Assembly (NCBI GenBank): GCA_963842525.1
Contig: CAWJGT010000003.1
Coordinates: 960,001-1,024,000 of the forward strand
Source: an uncultured Holophagales bacterium
GTDB taxonomy: Bacteria; Acidobacteriota; Thermoanaerobaculia; Multivoradales; UBA5704
Reading direction: 5' to 3'
DNA length: 64,000 nucleotides
In this document: in pieces, positions 13,347-25,054 of the stretch
How the letters are laid out: every line of letters starts with the position of its first letter
Position numbering within the stretch: position 1 is the first letter of the stretch
The notes under the pieces: model-generated
What the model was told of the DNA's origin: nothing
What the model saw: the letters and a program-made list of their open reading frames with translations, nothing else
The model's database searches: none
Translations under genes and position numbers: made by a program

Positions 13347-14918
13347 ATGGACGGCCTAGGAAACGTTCTGGTCCTATTCGGGGTGGGTGCGATCATCGTG
13401 GGGGTGGTCGGCTACATCGTCACCTACCTCGCCTTCCTGAAAAAGGCGGGGCCCAACGAGGTGATCGTCGTGTCCGGCCGCGGCCAGGTGAAGTTCATCA
13501 CCGGCAGCGCCAAAATGGTTGTCCCCCTGTTCCACACCTGGAACAGGCTGTCGCTGGAGATCATGACGCTCGACGTCACCACCCCGGAGGTCTACACCTC
13601 CCAGGGCGTGCCGATCGCCGTCGACGGTGTAGCGCAGATCAAGATCAAGAAGGACGAGGCTTCGCTCAACGCCGCGGCCGAGCGCTTCCTGGGCATGGCG
13701 CCGGCGGCGATCGCCAAGATCGCCCTCGAGACCGTGCAGGGGCACCTGCGCGGCATCCTCGGCACCCTGACGGTCGAGAACATCTACATGAGCCGCGACC
13801 AGTTCGCGCAAAAGGTGCAGGAGATCTCGGCCGGCGACCTGGCCAACATGGGCCTGGGGATCGACTCCTTCACCATCCGCGACATCCGCGACAAGCACGG
13901 CTACCTGGAGGCCCTGGGCAAGCCGCGGATCGCCGAGGTCAAGCGGGCCGCCTCCGTGGCCGAGGCGGTGGCCGCCAAGGAGGCCGCCATCGCCGCCGCC
14001 GACGCCGAGCGCGAGACCCGCGAGCGGCAGGCCGAGGCGCAGCGCCTGGCCCAGGAGGCCGAGGCCCGCCGCGACGCCGCCGTCGGCGAGGCCAACGCCG
14101 AGCGCATGCGCCGCCAGCAGGAGGCCGAAGCCGGGGCGCGCCGGGCTGCCGAGATCGCCAACTACCAGGCCGCGCAGGCCATCGCCGAGGAGCAGGCCAC
14201 CGCCAACCTCAAGAAGGCCGATGCGGAGATGGCCTACGAGCTGCAGAAGAAGACCATCGAGATCCAGGTCCAGGAGCAGGAGATCAAGCGCAGGGAGAAG
14301 GAGCTGGAGGCCACCATCCGGCGCCAGGCCGACGCCAAGCGCTACGAGATCGAGACCCTGGCCTCGGCGGAGCGGCAGCGGATCGAGACCGGGGCGGCGG
14401 CGGAGCGGATGCGGCTCACCACGGTGGCTGAAGGCGAGAAGGCCCGCGGCCTCGCCGCCGCCGAGGTGACCCAGGCCCAGGGTCTGGCGCAGGCCGAAGC
14501 CGACAAGGCCCGCGGCCTCGCCGAGGCGCAGATCAGGGAGGCGCTGGGCCTGGCCGAAGCCGAGGCGCGCAAGGCCCAGGGCCTCGCCGAGGCGCTGGCC
14601 ATGGAGAAGAAGGCCGAGGCCTGGCGCATGTACAGCGACGCCGCGGTCCTCCAGATCCTCGCCCCGATCCTGCCCGAGATCGCCCGTGCAGTGGCCGAGC
14701 CGCTGGCCAAGATCGACCGCATCACCCTGGTCAACACCGGCAACGGCGACGGCTCCGGCATCGCCAAGATCACCGGCGAGGTCGCCCGCGTGATCGCGCA
14801 GATGCCGCCGGTCGTGGAGTCTCTGACCGGGGTCAAGCTCGAGGAGCTTTTCAGCAGGATCCGGGGGGCCGCTCCGGAGCCGCCGGCCGTGCCCAAGCCG
14901 CCGGATGCGGGAGCCTGA
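13347..14918 (+). CDS. Flotillin / SPFH domain protein
   Basis: VYTSQGVPIAVDGVAQIKI, GHLRGILGTLTVE, YLEALGKPRIA, AEA-rich coiled coil. Confidence 0.93.
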   Translation: MDGLGNVLVLFGVGAIIVGVVGYIVTYLAFLKKAGPNEVIVVSGRGQVKFITGSAKMVVPLFHTWNRLSLEIMTLDVTTPEVYTSQGVPIAVDGVAQIKIKKDEASLNAAAERFLGMAPAAIAKIALETVQGHLRGILGTLTVENIYMSRDQFAQKVQEISAGDLANMGLGIDSFTIRDIRDKHGYLEALGKPRIAEVKRAASVAEAVAAKEAAIAAADAERETRERQAEAQRLAQEAEARRDAAVGEANAERMRRQQEAEAGARRAAEIANYQAAQAIAEEQATANLKKADAEMAYELQKKTIEIQVQEQEIKRREKELEATIRRQADAKRYEIETLASAERQRIETGAAAERMRLTTVAEGEKARGLAAAEVTQAQGLAQAEADKARGLAEAQIREALGLAEAEARKAQGLAEALAMEKKAEAWRMYSDAAVLQILAPILPEIARAVAEPLAKIDRITLVNTGNGDGSGIAKITGEVARVIAQMPPVVESLTGVKLEELFSRIRGAAPEPPAVPKPPDAGA

Positions 14919-15036
14919 GCATGCCAAAAAGGCAGATTTTGAGCGTTGACGGGAGCGACTCTCCTCCTGGAATTTCTATGGCAGGCGCCTTGCTTGTGGC
15001 GTGATAGGAGAGGAAGAAAGGAGAACCCTTAATCTC

Positions 15037-16584
15037 ATGAGCACTATCCAGAAACGTCATCTCGCCACGTTCCTGCTCGTCCTGGGGGCGGTCGTCTTCG
15101 GCATGGTCCTCGCCGGAGGTCTCCAGTTGACCCTGCCCGGGATGGCGGATCCGGAGAGTTCGTTGTCAGCCACTCAGCAGATCGCCAATTCGAGGCCGGC
15201 GATTACGAGCCTGCCCAGCTTCGCAGACCTGGCCCAGGCGGTCGACCCGGCCGTCGTGTCCATCCAGGCGGCGACCATCGAGAAGGGCCCGCGCGGACGC
15301 CGGGGCATGGACCCCTTCGAGTTCTTCTTCGGCCCGCGCAACCGCGGCGAGCGGCCGGATCAGCAACAGCAGCAGCCGCAGCAGCAGCAAGAGGGGGACC
15401 CGGGCGAAGAGTTCCGGTCCGATTCCGGCGGCAGCGGCTTCGTCATCAGCCGTGACGGCCTGGTGGTCACCAACTACCACGTCGTCGAGGGCGCGAGCGA
15501 GGTCAAGGTCCACCTGGGCGACCGCGACTACACCGCGGAGGTCAAGGGGGCCGACCAGGCCACCGACATCGCCCTGCTGAAGATCAACGCCGGCCGCGAT
15601 CTCCACTACCTGGAGCTCGGCGACAGCGAGGTGGTGCGGGTTGGCGATTGGGTGATGGTGGTCGGCAACCCGCTGAACCTCGACAAGACGGTGACCACGG
15701 GCGTGGTCAGCGCCAAGGGCCGGTCGCTGGGCATCAGCGACGCCTCGTTCGAGAATTTCATCCAGACCGATGCAGCAATCAACTTCGGCAACTCGGGCGG
15801 CCCGCTCATCGACATGCAGGGCCGGGTCATCGGCATCGCCACGGCGATCAACTGGGGGGCCGAGAACATCGGCTTCGCGGTGCCGGTCAACACCTTGAAG
15901 CAGGTGCTGCCGCAGCTCCGCGAGAGCGGCAAGGTGAGCCGCGGCTACCTGGGCATCCAGGTCAGCAACCTCAACTACACGCAGGCGCAGGCCTTCGGCC
16001 TCGAGTCGACCGACGGAGCCCTGGTGGGCTCGGTCGACAGCGACACGCCGGCCGGCAAGGCGGGCGTCCGCCACGGCGACGTCGTCACCGAGGTCGACAG
16101 CATCAAGGTCAAGACCACCCGCGACCTCATCAACTACGTCGCGGCCAAGCCCCCGGGCGCCTCGGTGACCCTCAAGGTCTGGCGCGACGGCAAGACCTTC
16201 GACCGCCAGGTCAAGCTCGGCGAGCGGCCCGGCCTGCAGCAGGCGGACGAAGCCGAGCAGCCGGACGAGGACGAGTCCGGCATCGACTGGCTGGGCATCC
16301 AGTACCAGGGCCTGTCGGACAACCTGCGGTCGACGCAGGGCATCCCGGAGGACGTCAACGGCGTGCTGGTGACCAACGTCACGCCGACCAGCCCGCTCTA
16401 TGAGCAGGCGGTGCGGCCGGGCAGCATCATCACCGAGGTCAACGGCCGCGAGGTCAACAGCGTCCGCGAGCTCGAAGAGGCCGTGAAGGGAGTCAAGTCG
16501 AAGTCGTACGTGCGCTTCTACGTCGTCAACCTCGGCCGCGGCGGCGCGCGCCAGCCGTTCTTCGCGGTCGTTCAGGCGCCCTGA
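15037..16584 (+). CDS. DegP/Do-type serine protease with two PDZ domains
   Basis: VTNYHV, DIALLKI, IQTDAAINFGNSGGPL; PDZ domains. Confidence 0.95.
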   Translation: MSTIQKRHLATFLLVLGAVVFGMVLAGGLQLTLPGMADPESSLSATQQIANSRPAITSLPSFADLAQAVDPAVVSIQAATIEKGPRGRRGMDPFEFFFGPRNRGERPDQQQQQPQQQQEGDPGEEFRSDSGGSGFVISRDGLVVTNYHVVEGASEVKVHLGDRDYTAEVKGADQATDIALLKINAGRDLHYLELGDSEVVRVGDWVMVVGNPLNLDKTVTTGVVSAKGRSLGISDASFENFIQTDAAINFGNSGGPLIDMQGRVIGIATAINWGAENIGFAVPVNTLKQVLPQLRESGKVSRGYLGIQVSNLNYTQAQAFGLESTDGALVGSVDSDTPAGKAGVRHGDVVTEVDSIKVKTTRDLINYVAAKPPGASVTLKVWRDGKTFDRQVKLGERPGLQQADEAEQPDEDESGIDWLGIQYQGLSDNLRSTQGIPEDVNGVLVTNVTPTSPLYEQAVRPGSIITEVNGREVNSVRELEEAVKGVKSKSYVRFYVVNLGRGGARQPFFAVVQAP

Positions 16585-16608
16585 CGCCCGCTCCCGCTCC
16601 GACACCTG

Positions 16609-16640
16609 CGGCCGGCCCCACGGGGGCCGGCCGTTTTCTT
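16609..16640 (+). terminator. Intrinsic terminator
   Basis: CGGCCGGCCCC-ACG-GGGGCCGGCCG followed by TTTTCTT. Confidence 0.8.
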
Positions 16641-16657
16641 GTTAGACTGAAGTGACA

Positions 16658-18032
<1,375 letters not shown>

Positions 18033-18046
<14 letters not shown>

Positions 18047-18692
18047 ACGCGAGCGAGTGCTGATGCGGATGCTCGAGGAGAGCGGCGCCCTGCGCCGGGG
18101 CCATTTCCTGCTCTCTTCCGGCCTCCACTCCGAGGCTTACGTGCAATGCGCGCTCCTGCTGGAGGACCCGGTCCGCGCCCGGCGGGTGGGGGAGGATCTG
18201 GCCCAGGAGCTGCGCACCTTCCATCCCGACTCGGTGCTGGCGCCGGCCCTGGGAGGCGTCATCATCGGCCACGAGGTGGCCGCCGCGCTGGGAGTCCCCT
18301 TCCGCTTCACCGAACGCAAGAGCGAAGAGATGGGCCTGCGCCGCGGCTTCAGCCTGCGCCAGGGCGAACGGGTAGTGATCGTGGAAGACGTGGTCACCAC
18401 CGGCCGCTCGACCCTGGAGACCGCCGCCCTCGCAACCAGCCGGGGAGCCCGCGTCGTCGCCATAGGAGCGATCATCGACCGCACGGCCGGCCGCGACCCG
18501 TTCGACGTCCCCTTCCGCGCCATCCTCGAGCTCGACCTGCCCTCCTATCCGCCGACCGAGTGCCCGGCCTGCAGCGCCGGGGCCGTACCGCCGGAAAAGC
18601 CGGGCAGCCGCCCGCAAGCCGAGCAGGCCGACACCATCGGCGCAGCAGGTACGGAGACCCCGACTACCACAAGGTCGGAACGGGGAGAATAG
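18033..18692 (+). CDS. pyrE: Orotate phosphoribosyltransferase
   Basis: GHFLLSSGLHS..YVQCA and PRPP motif VVIVEDVVTTGRS. Confidence 0.93.
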
Positions 18693-19391
18693 ACCCGGGG
18701 ACGGATAGCAGCGCCGAGGCTCAGGATCTCGTGTCGGCGATTGAGCTTGCACTGGCTGAACACTCTTCAGGCCACCGGTCCCGGGAGGATTTGTTCGAGC
18801 GCCGCCAAGTACCACCGCCGCCAGCTCCTCGCCGAATCCGAGGTGCGCGACCTTCGGCTCGTCTGCGCGCGGCCGGCTGGTTTGCGTCCAACAATCCTGC
18901 GACCGACCGTGTCTTGTAGAATAGAGGCGGAGATCCTTTGACAACAGAACCACGGCCCCACGGCTCACCGGCCCGGGAAAGAATCGTGCCAATCAAGAAT
19001 CATGCCAGGTTAAAAATGGCATCTTGTCAACGGGGTAACGGCGCAAGGCGCAAACCTCTGGAGACATGAGGCTTGCGGTCATGAACGGAGCTGGAAAAGA
19101 CCCCATGGAAGAGCCACTGGGAAGGCCAAAAAGGGGGATAACGGCGGAGCAGGGGTTAAGTGGCGTAGAATCAAGGGCCTGGAAAGGCGACAATTGACCA
19201 GAGCAGTACGGTGGGATTGCGACTTCTTGTAGCGCGACTTGACCTCGGCGTCGACGGTGTCGTCCGAATTGACCAGAGCAGTAGGCCCAGCACCAGATGT
19301 CTCATTCGCGCACGCCCTGCATAGCATCTACATGCCATGGGCCCTCCGGGGCCTTTCCCGCGGCTGGTTGGCGTCCAACAATCCTCGCCAT

Positions 19392-19967
19392 GGCGCAGCG
19401 TCCCGAGACACAGGCCCGGCGTACGCTCCGCAAAACCAGCGTGAGCTCACGCTGGCGCAGCGTCCCGGGACACTGGCCCAGCGCACGCTCCGCAAACCCA
19501 GCGTGAGCTCACGCTGGCGCAGCGTGTCGGGACGCTGGCCCAGCGTACGCTCCGCAAACCCAGCGTGAGCTCACGCTGGCGCAGCGTGTCGGGACGCTGG
19601 CTCAGCGTACGCTCCGCAAACCCAGCGTGAGCTCACGCTGGCGCAGCGTGTCGGGACACTGGTCCAGCGTACGCTCCGCAAACCCAGCGTGAGCTCACGC
19701 TGGCGCAGCGTGTTGGGACACTGGTCCAGCGTACGCTCCGCAAACCCAGCGTGAGCTCACGCTGGCGCAGCGTGTCGGGACGCTGGCCCAGCGTACGCTC
19801 CGCAAACCCAGCGTGAGCTCACGCTGGCGCAGCGTGTCGGGACACTGGCGCAGCGTACGCTCCGCAAAGCCAGCGTGAGCTCACGCTGACGCAGCGTGTC
19901 GGGACACTGGCCCAGCGTACGCTCCGCAAAGCCAGCGTGAGGTCACGCTGGCGCAGCGTCTCGGGAC
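19392..19967. repeat. Tandem array of about 9.3 x 62-bp palindrome-rich units
   Basis: CAGCGTGAGCTCACGCTG recurs at 19437, 19499, 19561, 19623, 19685, 19747, 19809, 19871 and 19933 (last with one mismatch); exact period 62. Confidence 0.97.
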
Positions 19968-20030
19968 CGAAACTGCTCGCTCCGGAGCAACCGCGGACCG
20001 GCGGTGGTCTCTGGAAGGGATGTCGCCGCT

Positions 20031-20058
20031 GCGGAGACGCCCCACGGGGCGTCTCTAC
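20031..20058 (-). repeat. GTAG-type REP-like palindrome
   Basis: Minus strand GTAGAGACGCCCC-GT-GGGGCGTCTC. Confidence 0.6.
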
Positions 20059-20115
20059 AGTGGGGGCGCAGCCCGGGGTGGGTGGGAAGGATGGCGGGTG
20101 AGGGCGGCGCCCGGA

Positions 20116-20205
20116 GAGATGCCGTAGAATCGGCCGGTCTCCTGGAGGTGCCCATGCCCACCCGTCGCGAGTTCCTCGGCGGCCCGGCCGTCGCGTCCGC
20201 GGCCG
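20116..20205 (+). repeat. Partial duplicate of the upstream region and 5' end of the class-V aminotransferase gene (other copy 21249-21347)
   Basis: GAGATGCCGTAGAATCGGCCGGTCTCCYGGAGGTGCCCATGCCCACCCGTCGCGAGTTCCT present in both places. Confidence 0.9.
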
Positions 20206-20253
20206 GACGTGAGCACGGAAGGTTTCGGGAGCATTGCTGGAAAAAGTCCCCTC

Positions 20254-20607
20254 CTACAGGAGCCCTGCAAAGATCTCGCGAAAGGTCCGCTTCAGATCCT
20301 GCAGGGTCGTCTCGTCCAATTGCCCGACGACTCGCTGGATCTGGTCCAGGACGACCGTTTGGATAACCGGCTTGATGACGGAAGGCTCTTCCAAGCCGCA
20401 TACCTGGTGGTCGTGGATGTCAACGCTGCCGTAGGTGTCTTTGTGGAGGAGCTTGGTCGTGATGCGAGCGCCGATCAGCTCTTCGCGCTCCCGATGGTAG
20501 CGATGCGAGCTGAGGACAACGACCGGGGCTGTCTTGGAGCCTTCTTGATTCGTGAATGGAAACCTCTTGATTCGTACGACTGTGCCGACCGGGAGATCAA
20601 GCGTCAT
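20254..20607 (-). CDS. PemK/MazF-like toxin
   Basis: GTVVRIKRFPFTNQEGSKTAPVVVLSS...ITT...GLEEPSVIK...IQRVVGQL. Confidence 0.75.
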   Translation of the reverse strand: MTLDLPVGTVVRIKRFPFTNQEGSKTAPVVVLSSHRYHREREELIGARITTKLLHKDTYGSVDIHDHQVCGLEEPSVIKPVIQTVVLDQIQRVVGQLDETTLQDLKRTFREIFAGLL

Positions 20608-21112
20608 CGTCGCTCCAGAAGGTTGAGCGCGACATCTCATGGGCCTCACGGACGAGCACCCGATCCCTGAGCTTCAAGAGGCGTTGAAGGCCAAGGCCAA
20701 AGGCCGCGAGCGCTAGGCGAGCAGCCTTGCTTCCCCGGTCGTAAAGACTGACGGCGCGGTTGGTCAGGGGCCCGCCAGGCTGCTTTGAGGCCTGCCGGCG
20801 CTGGAGGTCGGAAATCCTGGCATGCTCCTGGAGAGGGGGGCGGTTACTTTCCTCTTCCTTGCTCAACTGACGCACGGCGTCGGCCACGTCTTCCTCCGTC
20901 AGGGTGGCATCCAGCGCTTCGAGGTCGCTGACATAGCGATCGATCGCGGCCCTGAGCGCGCCAGCGCTGCGCTCGCTGGCAACCAGCCTGGCCTCCTGGG
21001 CATCCAATGCAGCGACTGCGTCGTCCATGGCTTTTCGATCCAGAGGCGTCTCCAGGGCAAGCTCGGGCTCGCCCGCAGAGGACAGATAATCTTTGAGCCG
21101 TGGTACCGCCAT
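20597..21112 (-). CDS. Hypothetical helical protein, putative antitoxin
   Basis: ORF overlapping the toxin start; no family recognised. Confidence 0.55.
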   Translation of the reverse strand: MAVPRLKDYLSSAGEPELALETPLDRKAMDDAVAALDAQEARLVASERSAGALRAAIDRYVSDLEALDATLTEEDVADAVRQLSKEEESNRPPLQEHARISDLQRRQASKQPGGPLTNRAVSLYDRGSKAARLALAAFGLGLQRLLKLRDRVLVREAHEMSRSTFWSDDDA

Positions 21113-21286
21113 AAAGCCATTGTACGCCAACGTTGACATCTTCTGCAAAGATGTAAGGCCCCGTCAGCCATCCTCTTCTCGACAATATTATAGTGCAGAG
21201 GAGCCACGAAGGCACGCTGCACCCTGTCAGGTCACCTCGGACGCGTTCGAGATGCCGTAGAATCGGCCGGTCTCCCGGAGGTGCCC

Positions 21287-22585
21287 ATGCCCACCCGTCG
21301 CGAGTTCCTTGGCGCCGTCCTCGGCCCGGCCGTTGCGTCTGCGGCCGTCGCCTCGTTCGACCTGCTCGCCGCGAGCCGCGCCCTGGCGGCGGTGGCCGCC
21401 CGTCCCGGGTCGCCCGAGGAGGTGGCGGCGGACGAGTCGTTCTGGTTCGAGATCCAGCAGGCGTTCACGATGGATCGCAGCATTGTGAACCTGAACAACG
21501 GCGGGGTGAGCCCTTCACCGGCCGTGGTCCAGGAGGCGATGAAGCGCCATCTCGACTATTCGAACTCGGCGCCGCCGCCGTATGCCCTCTGGCAGATCCT
21601 CGAGCCGCAGCGCGAGACCGTCCGCCAGCGCATGGCCCGCTTCTTCGGCACCGACCCGGAAGAGATCGCCCTGACGCGCAACGCGTCCGAAGGGCTCCAG
21701 ATCTGCCAGCTCGGCTTCGACCTGGAGCCGGGCGACGAGGTCCTGACCACCAATCAGGACTATCCGCGGATGCTCACCACCTGGGACCAGCGGGCGCGGC
21801 GCAACAGGATCGTGGTCAAGCAGATCTCCCTGCCCGTCCCGGCCGAGGACGAGGACGAGGTGGTCGACCGCTTCCGCCAGGCGGTCACTCCGAGGACGAA
21901 GCTGATCCTGATGTGCCACATGATCAACCTGAACGGCCAGATCCTGCCGGTCCGGAAGGTGGTCGCCATGGCCCGGGAGAAGGGCATCCCGGTGGTCGTG
22001 GACGGCGCCCACACCTTTGCCCATTTCCCTTTCCGTCAGGAGGACCTGGGCTGCGACTACTACGCCACCAGCCTCCACAAGTGGCTCTTCGCCCCGCACG
22101 GCACCGGCATGCTCTACGTCAGGAAGGACAAGATCGCCGGCCTCTGGCCGATGATGGCCGCGCCCGTGGCGATGGACGGCAACATCCGCAAGTACGAGGA
22201 GATCGGCACTCATCCGGCGGCCAACTACCTGGCCATCGCCGACGCCCTGACCTTCCACGAGGGGATCGGCGCGGAGAGGAAGGCTGCCCGCCTGCGCTAC
22301 CTGCGGGACCGCTGGGCAAAGCGGCTGCTGAAGAGCGACCGGGTGAAGCTCCACACCAGCCTCGATCCGCGCTTCTCCTGCGGCATCGGCACCGTCCAGG
22401 TGGTGGGGATCGAGACCCCGAAGCTCGCCCAGCACCTCTGGGACCGCTACCGCATCCTGGTCACCCCGATCGTCCACCCGGAATTCGAAGGCTTGCGGGT
22501 GACGCCGAGCGTGTACACGACGCTCCAGGAGATCGATGTCTTCTGCGAGACGATGGAGCGGGCGGTGGAGAAGGGGATCGCATAA
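21287..22585 (+). CDS. Class-V PLP aminotransferase (isopenicillin-N-epimerase-like) with Tat signal
   Basis: MPTRREFLG Tat motif; NLNNGG, VDGAH, SLHKWLFAPHGTG (PLP Lys). Confidence 0.9.
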   Translation: MPTRREFLGAVLGPAVASAAVASFDLLAASRALAAVAARPGSPEEVAADESFWFEIQQAFTMDRSIVNLNNGGVSPSPAVVQEAMKRHLDYSNSAPPPYALWQILEPQRETVRQRMARFFGTDPEEIALTRNASEGLQICQLGFDLEPGDEVLTTNQDYPRMLTTWDQRARRNRIVVKQISLPVPAEDEDEVVDRFRQAVTPRTKLILMCHMINLNGQILPVRKVVAMAREKGIPVVVDGAHTFAHFPFRQEDLGCDYYATSLHKWLFAPHGTGMLYVRKDKIAGLWPMMAAPVAMDGNIRKYEEIGTHPAANYLAIADALTFHEGIGAERKAARLRYLRDRWAKRLLKSDRVKLHTSLDPRFSCGIGTVQVVGIETPKLAQHLWDRYRILVTPIVHPEFEGLRVTPSVYTTLQEIDVFCETMERAVEKGIA

Positions 22586-22588
22586 AGC

Positions 22589-22614
22589 CGCCCGCCCCCG
22601 GTCAGGGGCGGGCG
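22589..22614. terminator. Hairpin between convergent genes
   Basis: CGCCCGCCCC...GGGGCGGGCG inverted repeat. Confidence 0.6.
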
Positions 22615-22639
22615 CGATTTGACCAGACACCCGATCAGG

Positions 22640-25037
22640 TCAGTAGCTGACCCTCAATTGATAGGTCGTCCGGGTCGACGAGTAGCGGAGGACGCGGACG
22701 TAGACGTTGACCGCCGAGGCGCCTGTGTTGGTCCAGGATGCCTGGTCGGGCGTCGTGCCGCCGTTGGTCGAGCTGGCGACCGCGCTCCCCGTCGTCGAGT
22801 TGTAGATGTAGACGTCGTAATCCACCGTCAGGCCGTTGAGCAGCGCCGTCACCGTCCTGCCTGCCGGCAGGCTCAGGCGGAAGTAGTCGTTCTGCTGCGA
22901 CGTCGAGTCGTTGAGGAAGGTCCCGGAGATCTGGTTGCAGGTCCCCGTGATCACCTGCGGCGCAGTGGCGGTGTTGTTCGGCTCCACCTCCGATGGTGTT
23001 GGTGCAGGTCGAGCCCGTCGTGTAGCTGCCGACGAGCGACACGCCCGAGAAGGCCGTGTAGCCGTGCAGCATGACGTGCCAGGTGCCGGCCGCCGGCGCC
23101 GGGAAGGTGCAGGTCTCGTTGTTGCCGCCCAGGTACGGCCGGCAATCGTAGGTGGAGGTGGTCGGCGCCGAGCCGAACCGCACGTACAGGTCGGCGTCGC
23201 CGCTGCCGCCCGAGATCTGGAACTGCAGGTTCGACGCGCCCGAGGGCACGCTCATCGTCCAGAGCTGCTGGCTGCCGGTCGCTCCCGAGATCCCCGCCAC
23301 CGGAACGCCGTTCGTCAGCACGTTGCCGGTGCAGGCCGAGGTCGTCGCCTGCGCCTGCGCCGAGTTGCCCGAGCTGCAGGAACCGTTCGACGCCGTCACC
23401 ACGTAGTAGTAGGTCGTGTTGCAGGAGAGGCCCGTGTTCGAGAAGGAGGTGGTGCCCGAAGTCCCCACCGACGAGTAGGGCCCGCCGCTGGTCGTCGAAC
23501 GCAGGACCGTGTAGGAGGTGGCGCCGGAGGAGGCGCTCCAGTTGAGGTTGATCTGCGACTGCGATGCGGCGGTGGCGCCCAGCCCGGCCGGCGCCGCGGG
23601 CGGCGTGCAGGGGCCGGTGGAGTTGTCGATGCCGTTGGTGGTCGTGGCGCCGGTGCTGCCCGCGTCGAGCCAGTTGGAGAGGCGGGTGCTGTTCGTGCCG
23701 CCGCCGGTCCAGGAGACGCTGAAGCGCCCGTAATAATCAGAAAGGTTGTTGCCCGTGGCGCCGCAGGAGGACGGTCCGCCGTGGAGCTGGCCGACGAAGC
23801 GGCCGGCGCTGTTATAGAGCGGCGAGCCGGACGAGCCGGGCTCGGTCACACCCGGCACGGTGAACGGGCCTGGAGGATCGGTCGCCCATTTGGCCCACAG
23901 GTGGCTGCCGTCGCCCGGCGAGGTCGTGCCGCTGTAGCTCGTGCTCACCATGTCGGTGATGACGTAGGTGATCCGCTTCTCGTCGGTCGACGGATGGTGG
24001 ATCGAGGAGCAGGGAGCCGCGGCGGTGCACACGTGGCTGCCGGTCGAGCGGTCCCAGCCCGCCCAGTGATGGTTGTAGGCCGTGACCGGCGGGTCGTCGA
24101 GCTCGACCAGCGTGAAGTCCGACGCGGCGTTGGCGGCGCGGAAGAAGGAGCCGGTGTGGAACTGGGTGAGCGTGCCGTCGCCGGCCGCCCCGCTCGCGGC
24201 GCTGCCGGGCGTCCGGCAGAAGGAGTTCTGGTAGTTCCAGTAGACCACCAGCGAGGCCGCATTGCCGGAGGTGATCGAGCAGTGGTTGGCCGTCATGAAG
24301 TACATCTTGCGGTCGCCGGCGGTGTCGTTGACGAGCGAGCCGGTGCAGAACGTGGAGCCGCCGGTCGAGATGACGCCCACCGCCCGCATCTCGTCGCGCC
24401 AGGTGTCGCCGGTGGCCAGGCACTCGACGTCCAGGTTGCAGCTTCCGGACTTGTTGTAGGAATCGGCGGAGATGGTGCCGAAACCCCGGTAGCCCTGGTT
24501 GACCCAGCCGAGCTTGAGGTCGACCGCCCGCACCTCCCGCTTCGGCACGGTGAGCTCCACGATGAGGTCGTTGGTGGTGACCACCGGCGTCCACAGCTCG
24601 CCATGCGCCTCGTTGTCCGCGGCGGTGAAGGGCCGCGAGACCTGGGTGCCGTCCGCCGAGTACAGCAGCAGGCGGCTGCGCTTGGACATCTTGAAGCGGG
24701 TGAAGCCGAGGTTCAGGGACGTCGTCCCTTCGCGGCCGACGACGCGCAGCCGCCAGAGCATCTGGCCGTTGCCGAGGTCTTCCCACGTACCGTTTTTGGC
24801 GGGAGTGATCGACACCCGCTCCGGGATGGCGAAGCGCGGCGGCAGCCCCTCCAGGTCCCGGGCTACATCCTCTTCCCCGATGCGCGCCAGGTCCAACTGC
24901 ACACCGACGAAGGAGTCGACTCGATTGACGCCGGCCACGGCGTGCCTGGAGGCTGTGGGAACAACGTCCTCGGCGGCATGGGCCACACTGCCGAGGGCGA
25001 GGGTGAGCAACATCAGCCAAGCGAGCTTACGATGCAT
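22640..25037 (-). CDS. Secreted lysyl-endopeptidase-like serine protease with FN3 and PPC domains (frameshift at about 22990)
   Basis: Signal peptide; triad TANHC / DFTLVEL / GSSGSP; FN3; PPC (GDADLYVRFG); final domain is in ORF 22640-22987. Confidence 0.88.
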
Positions 25038-25054
25038 TGTTCCTCCCGGTCAGA

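Noticed and set aside
19392-19967. CRISPR array
   Set aside because: Inter-palindrome segments are near-identical rather than unique spacers, and there are no cas genes in the window.
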